DNA of 64,000 bases from Methanobacteriota archaeon (lineage in GTDB: Archaea > Thermoplasmatota > E2 > DHVEG-1), in assembly GCA_903877165.1 (NCBI GenBank), contig CAIRCU010000014.1, forward strand, positions 2,280 through 66,279, in the 5' to 3' direction. Position numbers and translations under genes: made by a program. The number at the start of each line of letters is the position of its first letter. Position 1 is the first letter of the stretch. Positions 48,618 through 57,832 of this stretch are shown piece by piece. The notes beneath the pieces were generated by a model. The model did not search any database, was not told the DNA's origin, and saw only the letters and a program-made list of their open reading frames with translations.

Positions 48618-48737
48618 AATTTCATACAGCTCTCTGACGTTTATATAATTTTCCCCAAACCATGATGAAAGTTAGCCTTGAAGCCTCCAAAGTGAAAACC
48701 AGCAACTCGTTGAAAAAATCTGATACCAACTAAAATT

Positions 48738-49157
48738 CTAAAACCGCTTCTTGGTGTCCCGCATCGACTCGACGATCTCCTTGCCGAAGTCCGTGAGCCG
48801 ATACAGTTTGATGTCGCGATGCCGGCCGCCCTCGATCTGCTCGACGAGGTTCAGGCTCATCAGCGACTCGTCGTTGCGGTACCGCGAGTTCATCCCGCGG
48901 ATCGCGCCGATCACGTTCGTGGGCGTGGTCTTCACGTTATAGGCGATCTCGGACGTGTAACTCCCACTTGGACTGATTTCAAATAGGTAGTCCGCTATCT
49001 TTTTACGCACGCTACTTCTCCGCAGAGACCTGATAACAAGCGGTTTCAACATATCCGGAGAAATAACTGCTTTCTCTCCATCCTGCATCCCATCCACGTA
49101 ATAGACATCGAATGCTATAGCCCATTTATAAATTAATCGGTTTCGTAACAAAACCAC
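48738..49157 (-). CDS. Winged-helix transcriptional regulator-like protein
   Basis: 139 aa. The segment RKKIADYLFEISP.GSYTSEIAYNVKTTPTNVIGAIRGM resembles archaeal wHTH regulators. Confidence 0.5.
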   Translation of the reverse strand: MVLLRNRLIYKWAIAFDVYYVDGMQDGEKAVISPDMLKPLVIRSLRRSSVRKKIADYLFEISPSGSYTSEIAYNVKTTPTNVIGAIRGMNSRYRNDESLMSLNLVEQIEGGRHRDIKLYRLTDFGKEIVESMRDTKKRF

Positions 49158-49223
49158 GACGTGAGACGAAGCGAAATCAATAAAGCACGGAGCCAGGATA
49201 ACACACCGAAGGATGGGACCTGC

Positions 49224-49433
49224 ATGTCACTGAAAAAGGAACTACTCAACAAGCTAACCGAAGACCAACTGCAAAGGCTCGCAGAAAGCAAAGGCATCGC
49301 GTTCTCACTCAACACGACCCAGAAACAGTACTATGAGAATTGGACCAGCAAAGACCGCCTCGTCGACCTCATGGCAGACCACGAAAAACTCACGATTTCC
49401 GATATCGAGCAGTTCATCCACCACCGCCCCTAG
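49224..49433 (+). CDS. Small hypothetical protein (69 aa)
   Basis: Internal ATG of track ORF 49161..49433, predicted helical ([27 protein letters not shown]/HeH-like). No family assignment. Confidence 0.35.
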   Translation: MSLKKELLNKLTEDQLQRLAESKGIAFSLNTTQKQYYENWTSKDRLVDLMADHEKLTISDIEQFIHHRP

Positions 49434-50140
49434 CGGTGATACCGTACACCAACGCGTGGACAACACGTCGCGACCGGGCAGCGGCTGCACAACGGCGACA
49501 CCGGTACGCAAATAATTTGCCCGAACCGCACGAACAACTCGTTGAACTCGTCCCAATACACCTCGGGCAAGACTTTTCGTAGCGCCACTTCAGTGTCCTC
49601 CGGCGTCTTCGTCCGGACCCACCCAAGCCGGTTCGCGATCTCATGACAATGACTATCGATTGGTAGATAGCCGTGCTCATGGAACCCGAACACCATCACG
49701 ATGTTCGCGGTCTTCCGCCCCACGCCCTTCAACGACAGCAGCGCATCGAAATCACGAGGAACCTCGCCTCCGAACTCCTGTAACAGCCGCTGGGAGATCT
49801 CCTTGATGCGCCGTGCCTTCGTCTTGTAGAACCCCACCGGATAAATGAGCGACGCGATCTTTTCTTCAGACAACGCCGCAAGTTGCTTCGGCGTATGGTA
49901 CGGCCCAAGCAGCCGCCGCGACGCAACAGCCGTCACCTCATCCTTCGTCCGCAGACTGAGCAGACACGACACGAGCGTCGTGAACGGCGTCCGAGGATAC
50001 CCCGGGTTTTCCTCACCCAACGCAGTACTATCAACAGCATCCACCGTCTGCCTGATGCCCGCGAATATCACTTCTAGATGCGCCAGACGTTTCGCCATGC
50101 CGTACCTTTCAGTCCCGGTGTTCCCGTGGGGATTCAACAT
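49430..50140 (-). CDS. nth: Endonuclease III (HhH-GPD DNA glycosylase with 4Fe-4S cluster)
   Basis: [20 protein letters not shown] and a C-terminal C-x6-C-x2-C-x5-C cluster ([17 protein letters not shown]). Confidence 0.9.
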   Translation of the reverse strand: MLNPHGNTGTERYGMAKRLAHLEVIFAGIRQTVDAVDSTALGEENPGYPRTPFTTLVSCLLSLRTKDEVTAVASRRLLGPYHTPKQLAALSEEKIASLIYPVGFYKTKARRIKEISQRLLQEFGGEVPRDFDALLSLKGVGRKTANIVMVFGFHEHGYLPIDSHCHEIANRLGWVRTKTPEDTEVALRKVLPEVYWDEFNELFVRFGQIICVPVSPLCSRCPVATCCPRVGVRYHR

Positions 50141-50243
50141 AAATAGGAGACATCACGAAAGACAGCCAGGGCCTCAGTCTCCCCGTCTCCGACCGCAGCC
50201 GTATGCTGCAGTACGCCGATTCCTTTTCTCTGCTTGTAGAGTC

Positions 50244-50966
50244 TTATTTGATGAAGGAAGTCAGGGTGAAGATCAAGAGGATCGCTAGGACCGTGGTGAA
50301 CACCGTCTTCCAGTTCGGGTTCTTGTATGTCTCCGGGAGCAGGTTCACCGCGCCGATGTAGATGAATTCACCAGCGAAGACCCCAAGGATGACCGCGAGG
50401 ACGGCCTGACCGATGACCAGCAGGCAGGTGACCGCGATGCCGAGAATCGGAGCGAGCGAGTCCGCCAGCAGAAACATCGTAGCATTCTTCACACGCTGAT
50501 TGTTCTTCAGCATCAACGTGACTGTGTTGATGCCATCCGTGAAATCATGGAAGATGACGGCGAAGGCGACGACGACTCCGATGGCGGGGTTGACGCGGTA
50601 CGAGGCACCGATAGCAGCACCATCAAGAAAGCTATGAACAACAAGGCTTCCCGCGCCTATAGGCCCCATGATATGTCCATGGCCCTCCTCCTCGTCATGG
50701 TGGTGGATGAGGAAGTATTTCTCAAGGACGCTGTAGAAGACGAACGAGGCGACGACCGCGACCATGATGTAGCGCGTCGAAAGGGATACGTTGCTTGCGA
50801 GTTCGAGGCTTTCCGGTAGGAGGTCGAAGAACGTTACCGCGATGAGGCTGCCTGCGGCGAACGCGAAGAAGTAGGGAAGCGCGCGTTTGAATTTGATGGC
50901 GAGTGTTCCTCCGATGAGCGTTGAGAAAAATGTCGCGACTGCAAGGCCTAGGATGAGCCAGTCCAT
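50244..50966 (-). CDS. ZIP family divalent metal transporter
   Basis: 240 aa, about 8 TM, with a His-rich loop HHHDEEEGHGH and an HDFTDG motif. Confidence 0.8.
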   Translation of the reverse strand: MDWLILGLAVATFFSTLIGGTLAIKFKRALPYFFAFAAGSLIAVTFFDLLPESLELASNVSLSTRYIMVAVVASFVFYSVLEKYFLIHHHDEEEGHGHIMGPIGAGSLVVHSFLDGAAIGASYRVNPAIGVVVAFAVIFHDFTDGINTVTLMLKNNQRVKNATMFLLADSLAPILGIAVTCLLVIGQAVLAVILGVFAGEFIYIGAVNLLPETYKNPNWKTVFTTVLAILLIFTLTSFIK

Positions 50967-51018
50967 CGCGGCTCGTATACGGGGAGGACCTTAATAGGTT
51001 TTTAGCCATTCCTCGTCT

Positions 51019-51597
51019 TTATTCTGTGCTGAGGTACAGCAGCATGGTCAGCCCGATGGTCTCGAAGACTGAGGTGACGACGAGGACGCCGCCGAAGCCG
51101 CCGAAGCCGAAGCCGATGCTCCACCGGATGCGCTCGTACGGGATCACCGCCGAGATGAACAGGGACCGCAGTGCGCTGAGGGAGAAGGCGGTTTCCACGA
51201 GGAGCGGGGTAAGGAAGATGAGTAACCCGACAATGTAGCGGGACTTGGTCTTCAGGCCGATCTTGATATACACCGCAATCGTGCCGACGAGCAGCAGCAT
51301 GCTGATGCAGACGATGACGACGCCGAACGTCGGCAGGATTATCTGATCCATGGTCAGCGGCTGCTGAAGGTACGGGTAGTCCCCTGGGAAATACGGCTGG
51401 TTGTTAATCTGCTGGATGATGTCGTTGGTCTCGTTAACGAAGAAGCTGGAGAGGATCAAACCGACGATGACGCCGATGACGAACAGCGCGGCGATGAGGA
51501 TGATCGCCTTCTTGTTCATGCTGGGTTTCTGCACGCTCGACTCAGTCTCGACCGGTGCTGGTGGTGCTAGTGGTGCTAGTGGATCGCTCATAGACAC
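51019..51597 (-). CDS. Hypothetical multi-TM membrane protein downstream of a wHTH regulator
   Basis: 192 aa with a Pro/Ala tandem-repeat N-terminus (PLAPLAPPAP), 4-5 hydrophobic helices and a GFGFGGFGG segment. Confidence 0.45.
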   Translation of the reverse strand: MSMSDPLAPLAPPAPVETESSVQKPSMNKKAIILIAALFVIGVIVGLILSSFFVNETNDIIQQINNQPYFPGDYPYLQQPLTMDQIILPTFGVVIVCISMLLLVGTIAVYIKIGLKTKSRYIVGLLIFLTPLLVETAFSLSALRSLFISAVIPYERIRWSIGFGFGGFGGVLVVTSVFETIGLTMLLYLSTE

Positions 51598-51625
51598 TCA
51601 ATCTCCTATATTATTCACGCAGCAG

Positions 51626-51922
51626 TTAATCTGCTTTTTTCCCAATTTTATCCCAAATTTCTCTGAAATATCCGAGGTTCTCTTCCAAGGTCGGCGCAGG
51701 GAAGTAGGTCTTCCCGTACCCGCTGCCCGCGGAGGTGATCAACCCGTTCTCCTCCAACACCTGGAGGTGGTATCGCGTGGTTTTATAATCGAGGCCCAGG
51801 ACCTTGGATAGCTCGTTGGCGTTATGCGGCGTAGTCAGAATCGCATCGAGAATACGGCCGCGGTTGACGCCACCCAGAGAATTCGCAAGGAGCCACCATA
51901 GGACGTTCTTGATTGCGGCCAT
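51626..51922 (-). CDS. ArsR-family-like winged-helix transcriptional regulator
   Basis: 98 aa. The segment NRGRILDAIL..PHNANELSKVLGLDYKTTRYHLQVLEENGLI is a typical HTH plus wing. Confidence 0.7.
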   Translation of the reverse strand: MAAIKNVLWWLLANSLGGVNRGRILDAILTTPHNANELSKVLGLDYKTTRYHLQVLEENGLITSAGSGYGKTYFPAPTLEENLGYFREIWDKIGKKAD

Positions 51923-52077
51923 TGTATAAAAGCTGAGTAAATCACGACAGCTCTTAAATGATTTGTTATTAGTACACGTTCATGAAAACAGGAGGGGCCT
52001 TCCCCCATGCATACCCCTCAAGGTCGACCCAAGAGTCATGGTCCCCGGGCAGGAACATGTGACGACATCACACGGAT

Positions 52078-52110
52078 ATTTGGGTGACATTTGGGAAGGA
52101 ATTGGGAGAG
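52078..52110 (+). promoter_or_regulatory. Three phased 11-bp direct repeats: ATTTGGGTGAC, ATTTGGGAAGG, AATTGGGAGAG
   Basis: Read directly from the sequence. TTGGG cores sit at 52080, 52091 and 52102, with exact 11-bp spacing. The array is 60-90 nt upstream of the ATG at 52171 and just upstream of a TATA-like CATAAAAT. Confidence 0.5.
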
Positions 52111-52170
52111 AAAGGGGAAAAACGCATAAAATCAAAAGGCGACATAACCAACGATGTAGGTGAACAGACT

Positions 52171-52743
52171 ATGAAACCACGCACCATCATCGTCGGAGGT
52201 TTACTCGCGGTCCTCCTCGTCGGAACCGTGAGCGCAGTCTACACAACAGCCCAAGACAGCACCACCACCCCAACAAAAGACGCACAGCAGCCGTCCATGC
52301 GAAACGGCACAGCTCCCTGCCCAGCGAACTGCAGTCGGATGCCAGGCCAGCACGGGTTCCGCCAAGGACCCTTCAGCGGGTTCATCCCACCAGGCATCAC
52401 CCTCACCCAGGAACAGCGCGACGAACTCAACACCACCATAGCGACGCTCCGGCAGCAGAACGCCACTCCACAGGAGATCCGGACAGCAATCCAAGCGAAA
52501 CTTGACGAGTTCGGCGTCTACGACGCCCAGCTCAACAGCACCATCGCCAACACGGAACAACGACTGACGATCCTCAACAGAGAAAAAGAACTCCGAAGCC
52601 AAGGCTACAACTGGACGACGATCGACACCATGATCGCACAGGAGTTCGGACAGAACGCCACCGCCACCGGCGACCAATGGATGACGCCGGACCATGCATC
52701 CTGGCGGGAAGAACCACGAGGCGGATGCAGGCCCAACCAGTAA
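52171..52743 (+). CDS. Secreted helical protein with a single LTXXQ motif (weakly Spy/CpxP-like)
   Basis: The start was moved to the ATG that gives signal peptide MKPRTIIVGGLLAVLLVGTVSA. It has the motif ITLTQEQRDEL and heptad-like helical repeats. Family assignment is weak. Confidence 0.4.
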   Translation: MKPRTIIVGGLLAVLLVGTVSAVYTTAQDSTTTPTKDAQQPSMRNGTAPCPANCSRMPGQHGFRQGPFSGFIPPGITLTQEQRDELNTTIATLRQQNATPQEIRTAIQAKLDEFGVYDAQLNSTIANTEQRLTILNREKELRSQGYNWTTIDTMIAQEFGQNATATGDQWMTPDHASWREEPRGGCRPNQ

Positions 52744-52936
52744 CCGACAAACACCTGCAGCAGGCACAGGGCTCCAGATGGCCACCATCACCATGAAGGG
52801 GAGAAACCCCACGGTAACGCTTCCCGGCGTACTCGTTTCTTCCCTTCTCCTCTCCTCCCTATTGACCATCATCGACCATCAGGCGGCCCTCGCCCTGCCG
52901 CCCGACCACCAATGACACAAGTAATAGAATAAAGAA

Positions 52937-52948
52937 GAATTTGGGAAG
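52937..52948 (+). promoter_or_regulatory. Single copy GAATTTGGGAAG of the same motif upstream of htrA
   Basis: The 10-mer ATTTGGGAAG is identical to 52089-52098. It lies 36 nt upstream of the htrA ATG. Confidence 0.35.
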
Positions 52949-52983
52949 AACCAGCACACCATCAGACTCATTGAAAGAAGAAA

Positions 52984-54222
52984 ATGGGGGAAGAAACCAT
53001 GTATGACTACTACCCACATGAGACAATCAAGAAACAAAAGAACCGCCACCCAGGCGTTTTCGCCGTCATCGGCATCGTCGCCATCTTCATCGCCGGCTAC
53101 ATCGTCGGAGGCGCCTACAGCACCGGGACTACCACCACCCCAGATGTTCAATCACTCCAAAACCAGCTGAACACCCTGCAACAGCAGGTCTCAAGCAGTA
53201 CCGTGAAAACCCAGACGATCATCGTGGACAACACGTCGCTTGCACAGATCTACGACAACGTCCGCGACGCCGTCGTCGTCATCAGCGGAATCGTCCCGAC
53301 AGATACCTTCTTCGGTACCATGTACTCAAGCGTGCAAGGATCCGGGTTCGTCTATAATAATAATGGAGAAACCATCATCATCACCAACGAACACGTCGTC
53401 CAAGACGCATCCAACATCACGGTCACATTCTCCAACGGAGACGCCTACCCGGCGACCGTCAAAGGATCCGACGCCTACTCCGACCTCGCAGTCCTCACCG
53501 TCCAAGGATCCACCGAGCAGGTCGTCCCCCTGGAGATCGCCAGCTCATCCTCCCTGCAGGTCGGGGACCCCGTCATCGCCATCGGTAGTCCGTTCGGTCT
53601 CGGCGGGACCATGACCACCGGGATCGTCAGCCAGCTCGGCCGCACCCTACAGGATTCCACAGCCGGTAGCTACCCGATCGCGAACATCATCCAGACCAGC
53701 GTACCCATCAACCCGGGGAACTCCGGAGGACCACTCCTGAACTACCAGGGTCAGGTCATCGGAATCACGACCGCTATCATCCAGAACTCCAACGGACTCG
53801 GTTTCGCCATCCCTTCCAGCACCATCCTGCGTGAAATCCCCTCCCTCGTCGCGACAGGATCGTATGCCGACCACGCCTGGCTCGGCGTCTCAGGCACGGA
53901 CATGACGTACGCGATCGCCCAGGACATGGGCATCAGCACCACCTACGGATGGCTCATCACCCAGGTGACCGCAGGCGGCGCCGCGGAACAAGCAGGATTG
54001 CACGCCGGTACCCAGCATATCCGAGTCGCCGATGGGACAGTAATCATCGGCGGTGACGTGATCATCGCGGTGGACGGCGCCCGCATCATCGACGGCGACG
54101 CCTTCATGACGTACCTCGATGAACACACCAGCCCGAACCAGACCATCAGTCTGACCATCATCCGAGACCACCAGCAGCAGACGATACCGGTGACCCTCGG
54201 ACAACGCCCAGTCCTCCAATAA
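52984..54222 (+). CDS. htrA: HtrA/DegP-family serine protease with N-terminal TM anchor and one PDZ domain
   Basis: The blocks GSGFV, TNEHVV and DLAVL and the catalytic GNSGGPL motif, followed by a PDZ-like C-terminus. Confidence 0.9.
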   Translation: MGEETMYDYYPHETIKKQKNRHPGVFAVIGIVAIFIAGYIVGGAYSTGTTTTPDVQSLQNQLNTLQQQVSSSTVKTQTIIVDNTSLAQIYDNVRDAVVVISGIVPTDTFFGTMYSSVQGSGFVYNNNGETIIITNEHVVQDASNITVTFSNGDAYPATVKGSDAYSDLAVLTVQGSTEQVVPLEIASSSSLQVGDPVIAIGSPFGLGGTMTTGIVSQLGRTLQDSTAGSYPIANIIQTSVPINPGNSGGPLLNYQGQVIGITTAIIQNSNGLGFAIPSSTILREIPSLVATGSYADHAWLGVSGTDMTYAIAQDMGISTTYGWLITQVTAGGAAEQAGLHAGTQHIRVADGTVIIGGDVIIAVDGARIIDGDAFMTYLDEHTSPNQTISLTIIRDHQQQTIPVTLGQRPVLQ

Positions 54223-54231
54223 ACCCAAAGA

Positions 54232-54297
54232 AAGGTTGTGCCGCTTTCAGGCCCTCTTTCCCCTATCCTCCCTCGGCACAACCTTCCTTCTTTTTTT
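54232..54297 (+). terminator. 12-bp perfect stem (AAGGTTGTGCCG / CGGCACAACCTT) followed by a T-run, downstream of htrA
   Basis: Read directly from the sequence. The loop is 30 nt and TTCTTTTTTT follows at 54288-54297. Confidence 0.5.
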
Positions 54298-54342
54298 CAC
54301 TCATAAAAAGAAGAAGGACACGCATCATGCCGACTAAGGTGT

Positions 54343-54364
54343 GAATTGGGAATGAATTGGGAAA
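54343..54364 (+). promoter_or_regulatory. Two tandem 11-bp repeats, GAATTGGGAAT and GAATTGGGAAA
   Basis: Read directly from the sequence. They have the same TTGGGA core and 11-bp phasing as 52078-52110, and lie 50-80 nt upstream of the ABC ATPase start candidates (54413 / 54443). Confidence 0.5.
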
Positions 54365-54412
54365 AATTCCTAAATAGTTCGCAAGCCACTAACCTATATC
54401 CATGAACCATTC

Positions 54413-55126
54413 ATGGCTCACAACACATCCGAGGCATCGACCATGAACCCAGTCATCGAACTCCAAGACGTTAAAAAAATCTACCAAATGAACGGCGTCA
54501 TCACCCCAGCGCTCCGAGGCGTCAACCTCCAGATCGCGAAAGGAGAATTTCTCGCGATCATGGGTCCCAGCGGCTCCGGGAAATCCACGCTGCTGCACAT
54601 GATCGGCGCCCTCGACAAGCCCACCGAAGGAAAAATCATCCTGGACGGCGTCGACATCTCAACACTCAAGGAATCCGCCCTCGCCAGACTCCGAGGACGA
54701 AAAATCGGATTCGTCTTCCAATTCTTCAACCTCCACCCGACCCTCACCGCGGTGGAGAACATCGAACTGCCGATGATGATCGCAGAAGCAGACAAAAAAG
54801 AACGACAACGCAAAGCCCTCGAGCTTCTCAGATCCGTGAACATGGAACACCGCGCCCGCCACCTCCCCTCCCAACTCTCCGGCGGAGAGCAGCAGCGCAT
54901 CGCCATCGCCCGCGCACTCGCCAACGACCCGGAAATCATCCTCGCCGACGAGCTCACCGGAAATCTTGACAGTAAGACCAAAGCAGAAATCATGCAATTC
55001 CTCCTCCGCCTACAACAAGAGAGGAAAATGACAGTCACCATCATTACACATGAACCCGAGATCGCCGCGTACGCGGAGACCGTGATTCGTATCGTTGATG
55101 GAAGAATAGCACAAGGAGGTTCATAA
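54413..55126 (+). CDS. ABC transporter ATP-binding protein, MacB/LolD-like
   Basis: Walker A GPSGSGKST, signature LSGGEQQR and Walker B ILADE. The alternative start is MNPVIELQ at 54443. Confidence 0.9.
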   Translation: MAHNTSEASTMNPVIELQDVKKIYQMNGVITPALRGVNLQIAKGEFLAIMGPSGSGKSTLLHMIGALDKPTEGKIILDGVDISTLKESALARLRGRKIGFVFQFFNLHPTLTAVENIELPMMIAEADKKERQRKALELLRSVNMEHRARHLPSQLSGGEQQRIAIARALANDPEIILADELTGNLDSKTKAEIMQFLLRLQQERKMTVTIITHEPEIAAYAETVIRIVDGRIAQGGS

Positions 55127-55130
55127 AACC

Positions 55131-56519
55131 ATGAAGAAAACAACATTGAAAGCAGGTCTCGCCCTCGGCGTACTCATCGCACTCAGTCAATGCTTCATCG
55201 CACCTTCACTCGCCCAATCCGGTCTCCAGGTCACCTTCAGCACCAACCCCACCGTCGTCGCACCTGGCACCGACGGCTACCTCATGGTGAATCTCCGGGC
55301 TATTGGAGATTCGGCAAGCAACATCCAAATCACGGCTACATCCTTAGACGGCAGCATCGTCACCGCCCACGGGAGCTGGGATATCACCGTCGGCAGCATC
55401 GACAGCGGCGACACCTACGCAGTCCCCTTCGAGTTCACCGTCGCCAGCACTGCATCCTACGGTTTGTACCAAATCGAGTTTGACATCTACTACTCCGGTG
55501 GGTCGACGATCCATCAAACAGCATTCCTCGATGTCGAACAGCCCTCCTTCCTCGACCTCAGCTCCGTGTCACCAGGATCCGTCAATATCGGGCAGGAGAC
55601 GACCGTCGATTTCAACTTCACCAACAGCGGCAACACCATTTACAACGTATTGTTCTCATGGGAGGACGCCAACCAACTCATCCTTCCCATCGGCTCGGAC
55701 AACCGGGTAACCATCCCCATCCTTCGCGCAGGAAACACCACGACGGTACCGGTCACGCTCATGGCCAGCCCCTCCCTCTCCCCAGGGATCTACCCGCTGA
55801 CCATCACCTTGAAGTTCTACGACCAGGCCAGCGAGACGAACCAGACCGGACAGACCGTGACCTCTACCGTAGGGCTTAAAGTCAGCGGCGCCACCTCCTT
55901 TGAGATCGTTGCCTCTCAGTCAACCTCTGGAACAACATCGTTGACCGTCATCAACACCGGTGCGAACACGGCCAACTCCGTCATTGTTTCTGTTCCTCAG
56001 CAGCAGAGTTATTCAGTCACCGGTAGTCGGTCTGCGAACCTTGGGAACCTCGACCCTGGCGACTATTCGCTGGCCAGCTTCCAAGTGACCTCCAGCAGCC
56101 AGAACGGATCCACATCGTTCCCCTTCAACAGAACAGGCAACTTCACACCGCCAACTGGACAGCGAACGTATGGCAACAGAAGTTTCTCGCAGAACCGGTC
56201 GTTTTCCGGATTGAATGGAAACGGGCTATCCGTCATGATTAGCTACACAGACTCCTTCGGCGTCCGGCAGACGGAACAAAAACAGGTGAGCCTCTCCTCA
56301 AGCTCCTCCGGGTCGTTCTCAGGCTTCTCATCACGAACGCAAAGCAGCACGAACGGAGCCTATAGCACAGGAGGTACATCATCGAGTTCCGGCGGTGGAA
56401 TGACGTACATCATCGTCGGGGTTGTCGGTATCATCCTCATCGTTGCGATCATATACGTCGCTCGGAAGAAGAAGCTGCCTGGGGTTTCTCGCATCCTGAA
56501 AAGGCGGAAAGAAGAATGA
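55131..56519 (+). CDS. Surface protein with repeated CARDB/S-layer-like (COG1361-type) beta-sandwich domains, a Ser-rich stalk and a C-terminal TM anchor
   Basis: Signal peptide, 3-4 Ig-like repeats (..V.F.N.G...), an S/T/G-rich region, then the TM helix YIIVGVVGIILIVAIIYV followed by RKKK. Confidence 0.6.
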   Translation: MKKTTLKAGLALGVLIALSQCFIAPSLAQSGLQVTFSTNPTVVAPGTDGYLMVNLRAIGDSASNIQITATSLDGSIVTAHGSWDITVGSIDSGDTYAVPFEFTVASTASYGLYQIEFDIYYSGGSTIHQTAFLDVEQPSFLDLSSVSPGSVNIGQETTVDFNFTNSGNTIYNVLFSWEDANQLILPIGSDNRVTIPILRAGNTTTVPVTLMASPSLSPGIYPLTITLKFYDQASETNQTGQTVTSTVGLKVSGATSFEIVASQSTSGTTSLTVINTGANTANSVIVSVPQQQSYSVTGSRSANLGNLDPGDYSLASFQVTSSSQNGSTSFPFNRTGNFTPPTGQRTYGNRSFSQNRSFSGLNGNGLSVMISYTDSFGVRQTEQKQVSLSSSSSGSFSGFSSRTQSSTNGAYSTGGTSSSSGGGMTYIIVGVVGIILIVAIIYVARKKKLPGVSRILKRRKEE

Positions 56520-57832
56520 AGCTTGCTGACATTGTCCGGCTTTCACTGAATAGCCTCACCCATCGAGGCCTGCGCAGCTGGCTCACGATCCTCGGCATTA
56601 TCATCGGGGTCGCGGCTGTCATCGCCATGCTGTCGATTGGCGCTGGGATGTCGCAGAACGTCCAGTCGCGCCTCAGTGGATTCGGTGCAGATATTATAAC
56701 GGTGAGCGCAGGGAGTACCCGGGCGTTTGGCTCGGGGGGCACCTTTACTGACCGTTTTCAACCCGGGGAGCCTCCATTCGGACAATCATCGTCGAACCAG
56801 TCTTCGAGTTCTACAACGAGCCCAACGCTGACGAACACGGATCTCACCGCCATCCTGTCTGCGGATGGGGTGGAAGCCACCACCGGTATCATCTCTGGGC
56901 GTACATCTGTCAGTTACCTGTCGCAAAGTGTGACGATCACCGTCGAGGGCGTTGATCCTTCAGTGTGGAATACCATGACGACCTCGACGGTCGCATCCGG
57001 TAGACTTCTAGAGTCAGGGGACGGCATGAGTGTGCTCATCGGCAGCAGTGTCGCTAGCGGTATGTTTGACCAGAATATCACGGTTGATTCCCCGATGCTT
57101 ATCAGCGGGAAGACCTTCACCGTGGTCGGGGTATTGAAAGAATCTGGGACAGGCGGGTTTGGTGGTGACGACCGGACGGTGTTTCTCACGATGGATGCCG
57201 CTCGAAATATCCTCACGTCTATTGATCCATCAGTGTTCACGTCGATTCAGGTGAAAGCGACGAGCACCGATACTGTGGATGCGACAATCACGTCGGTGAC
57301 GAACGCGTTATATGCCTCGCGGCAGGTTACCTCTGATACCAAGGATTTCACGGTGACGTCGCCGACATCGATGCTGGCGACGATCACGAGTACGATGCAG
57401 ACGATGACGTTCTTTCTAACGGGGATTGCCGCGGTGTCGCTACTAGTCGGCGCGATTGGGATTGCCAACACCATGTTCATGTCAGTGATGGAGCGGACGC
57501 GGCTTATCGGAATCTTGAAGTCTCTGGGGACGAAGAACTCGGAGATCATGAAACTGTTTGTCATGGAGTCCGGAATCATCGGGCTGATGGGCGGGCTGCT
57601 TGGCGTGTTCCTCGGGTTCATCGTAGTCGGTATCATCTCCGAGATCGGTTTCAACCTCATGGGACTGGGCGTGCGAATGGCTGGTGGGACGTCGACGTCG
57701 GTTGCAGTCGTCACCCCTCAGCTCGTTGTGTTCGCCTTAGCGTTTTCCACGATTATCGGGATTGTCTCCGGGTTGATTCCTGCTCGGAAGGCAGCGAGTC
57801 TTCAGATTGTGGAGGCGATGCGCAGTGAATAA
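56516..57832 (+). CDS. ABC transporter permease, MacB/FtsX-like with large extracytoplasmic domain
   Basis: N-terminal L..L..H.LRS.LT.LGI.IGV, about 230 aa of loop, and a C-terminal FtsX 3-TM bundle with the PA.KA..L.IVEA.R motif. Confidence 0.88.
   Translation: MKLADIVRLSLNSLTHRGLRSWLTILGIIIGVAAVIAMLSIGAGMSQNVQSRLSGFGADIITVSAGSTRAFGSGGTFTDRFQPGEPPFGQSSSNQSSSSTTSPTLTNTDLTAILSADGVEATTGIISGRTSVSYLSQSVTITVEGVDPSVWNTMTTSTVASGRLLESGDGMSVLIGSSVASGMFDQNITVDSPMLISGKTFTVVGVLKESGTGGFGGDDRTVFLTMDAARNILTSIDPSVFTSIQVKATSTDTVDATITSVTNALYASRQVTSDTKDFTVTSPTSMLATITSTMQTMTFFLTGIAAVSLLVGAIGIANTMFMSVMERTRLIGILKSLGTKNSEIMKLFVMESGIIGLMGGLLGVFLGFIVVGIISEIGFNLMGLGVRMAGGTSTSVAVVTPQLVVFALAFSTIIGIVSGLIPARKAASLQIVEAMRSE

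Noticed and set aside
48662-48723. Possible C/D box sRNA: ATGATGA at 48662-48668 and CTGA at 48720-48723, about 60 nt apart in an intergenic region.
   Set aside because: The internal D' and C' boxes are poor (AAGC, GTGAAAA). Guide spacing is not the 12 nt typical of archaeal C/D sRNAs, and no terminal stem flanks the boxes.
51548-51580. Tandem 9-nt repeat (GGTGCTAGT-like) that could be mistaken for a short repeat array.
   Set aside because: It lies inside the 51019..51597 CDS and simply encodes PLAPLAPPAP. It is not CRISPR-like. No CRISPR array exists anywhere in the window.
52778-52915. 45-codon ORF (MATITMKGRNPTVTLPGVLVSSLLLSSLLTIIDHQAALALPPDHQ) between the LTXXQ gene and htrA.
   Set aside because: It has one weak hydrophobic stretch, no recognisable family, and no clear ribosome-binding or promoter context. 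It cannot be distinguished from a chance ORF in GC-rich spacer.
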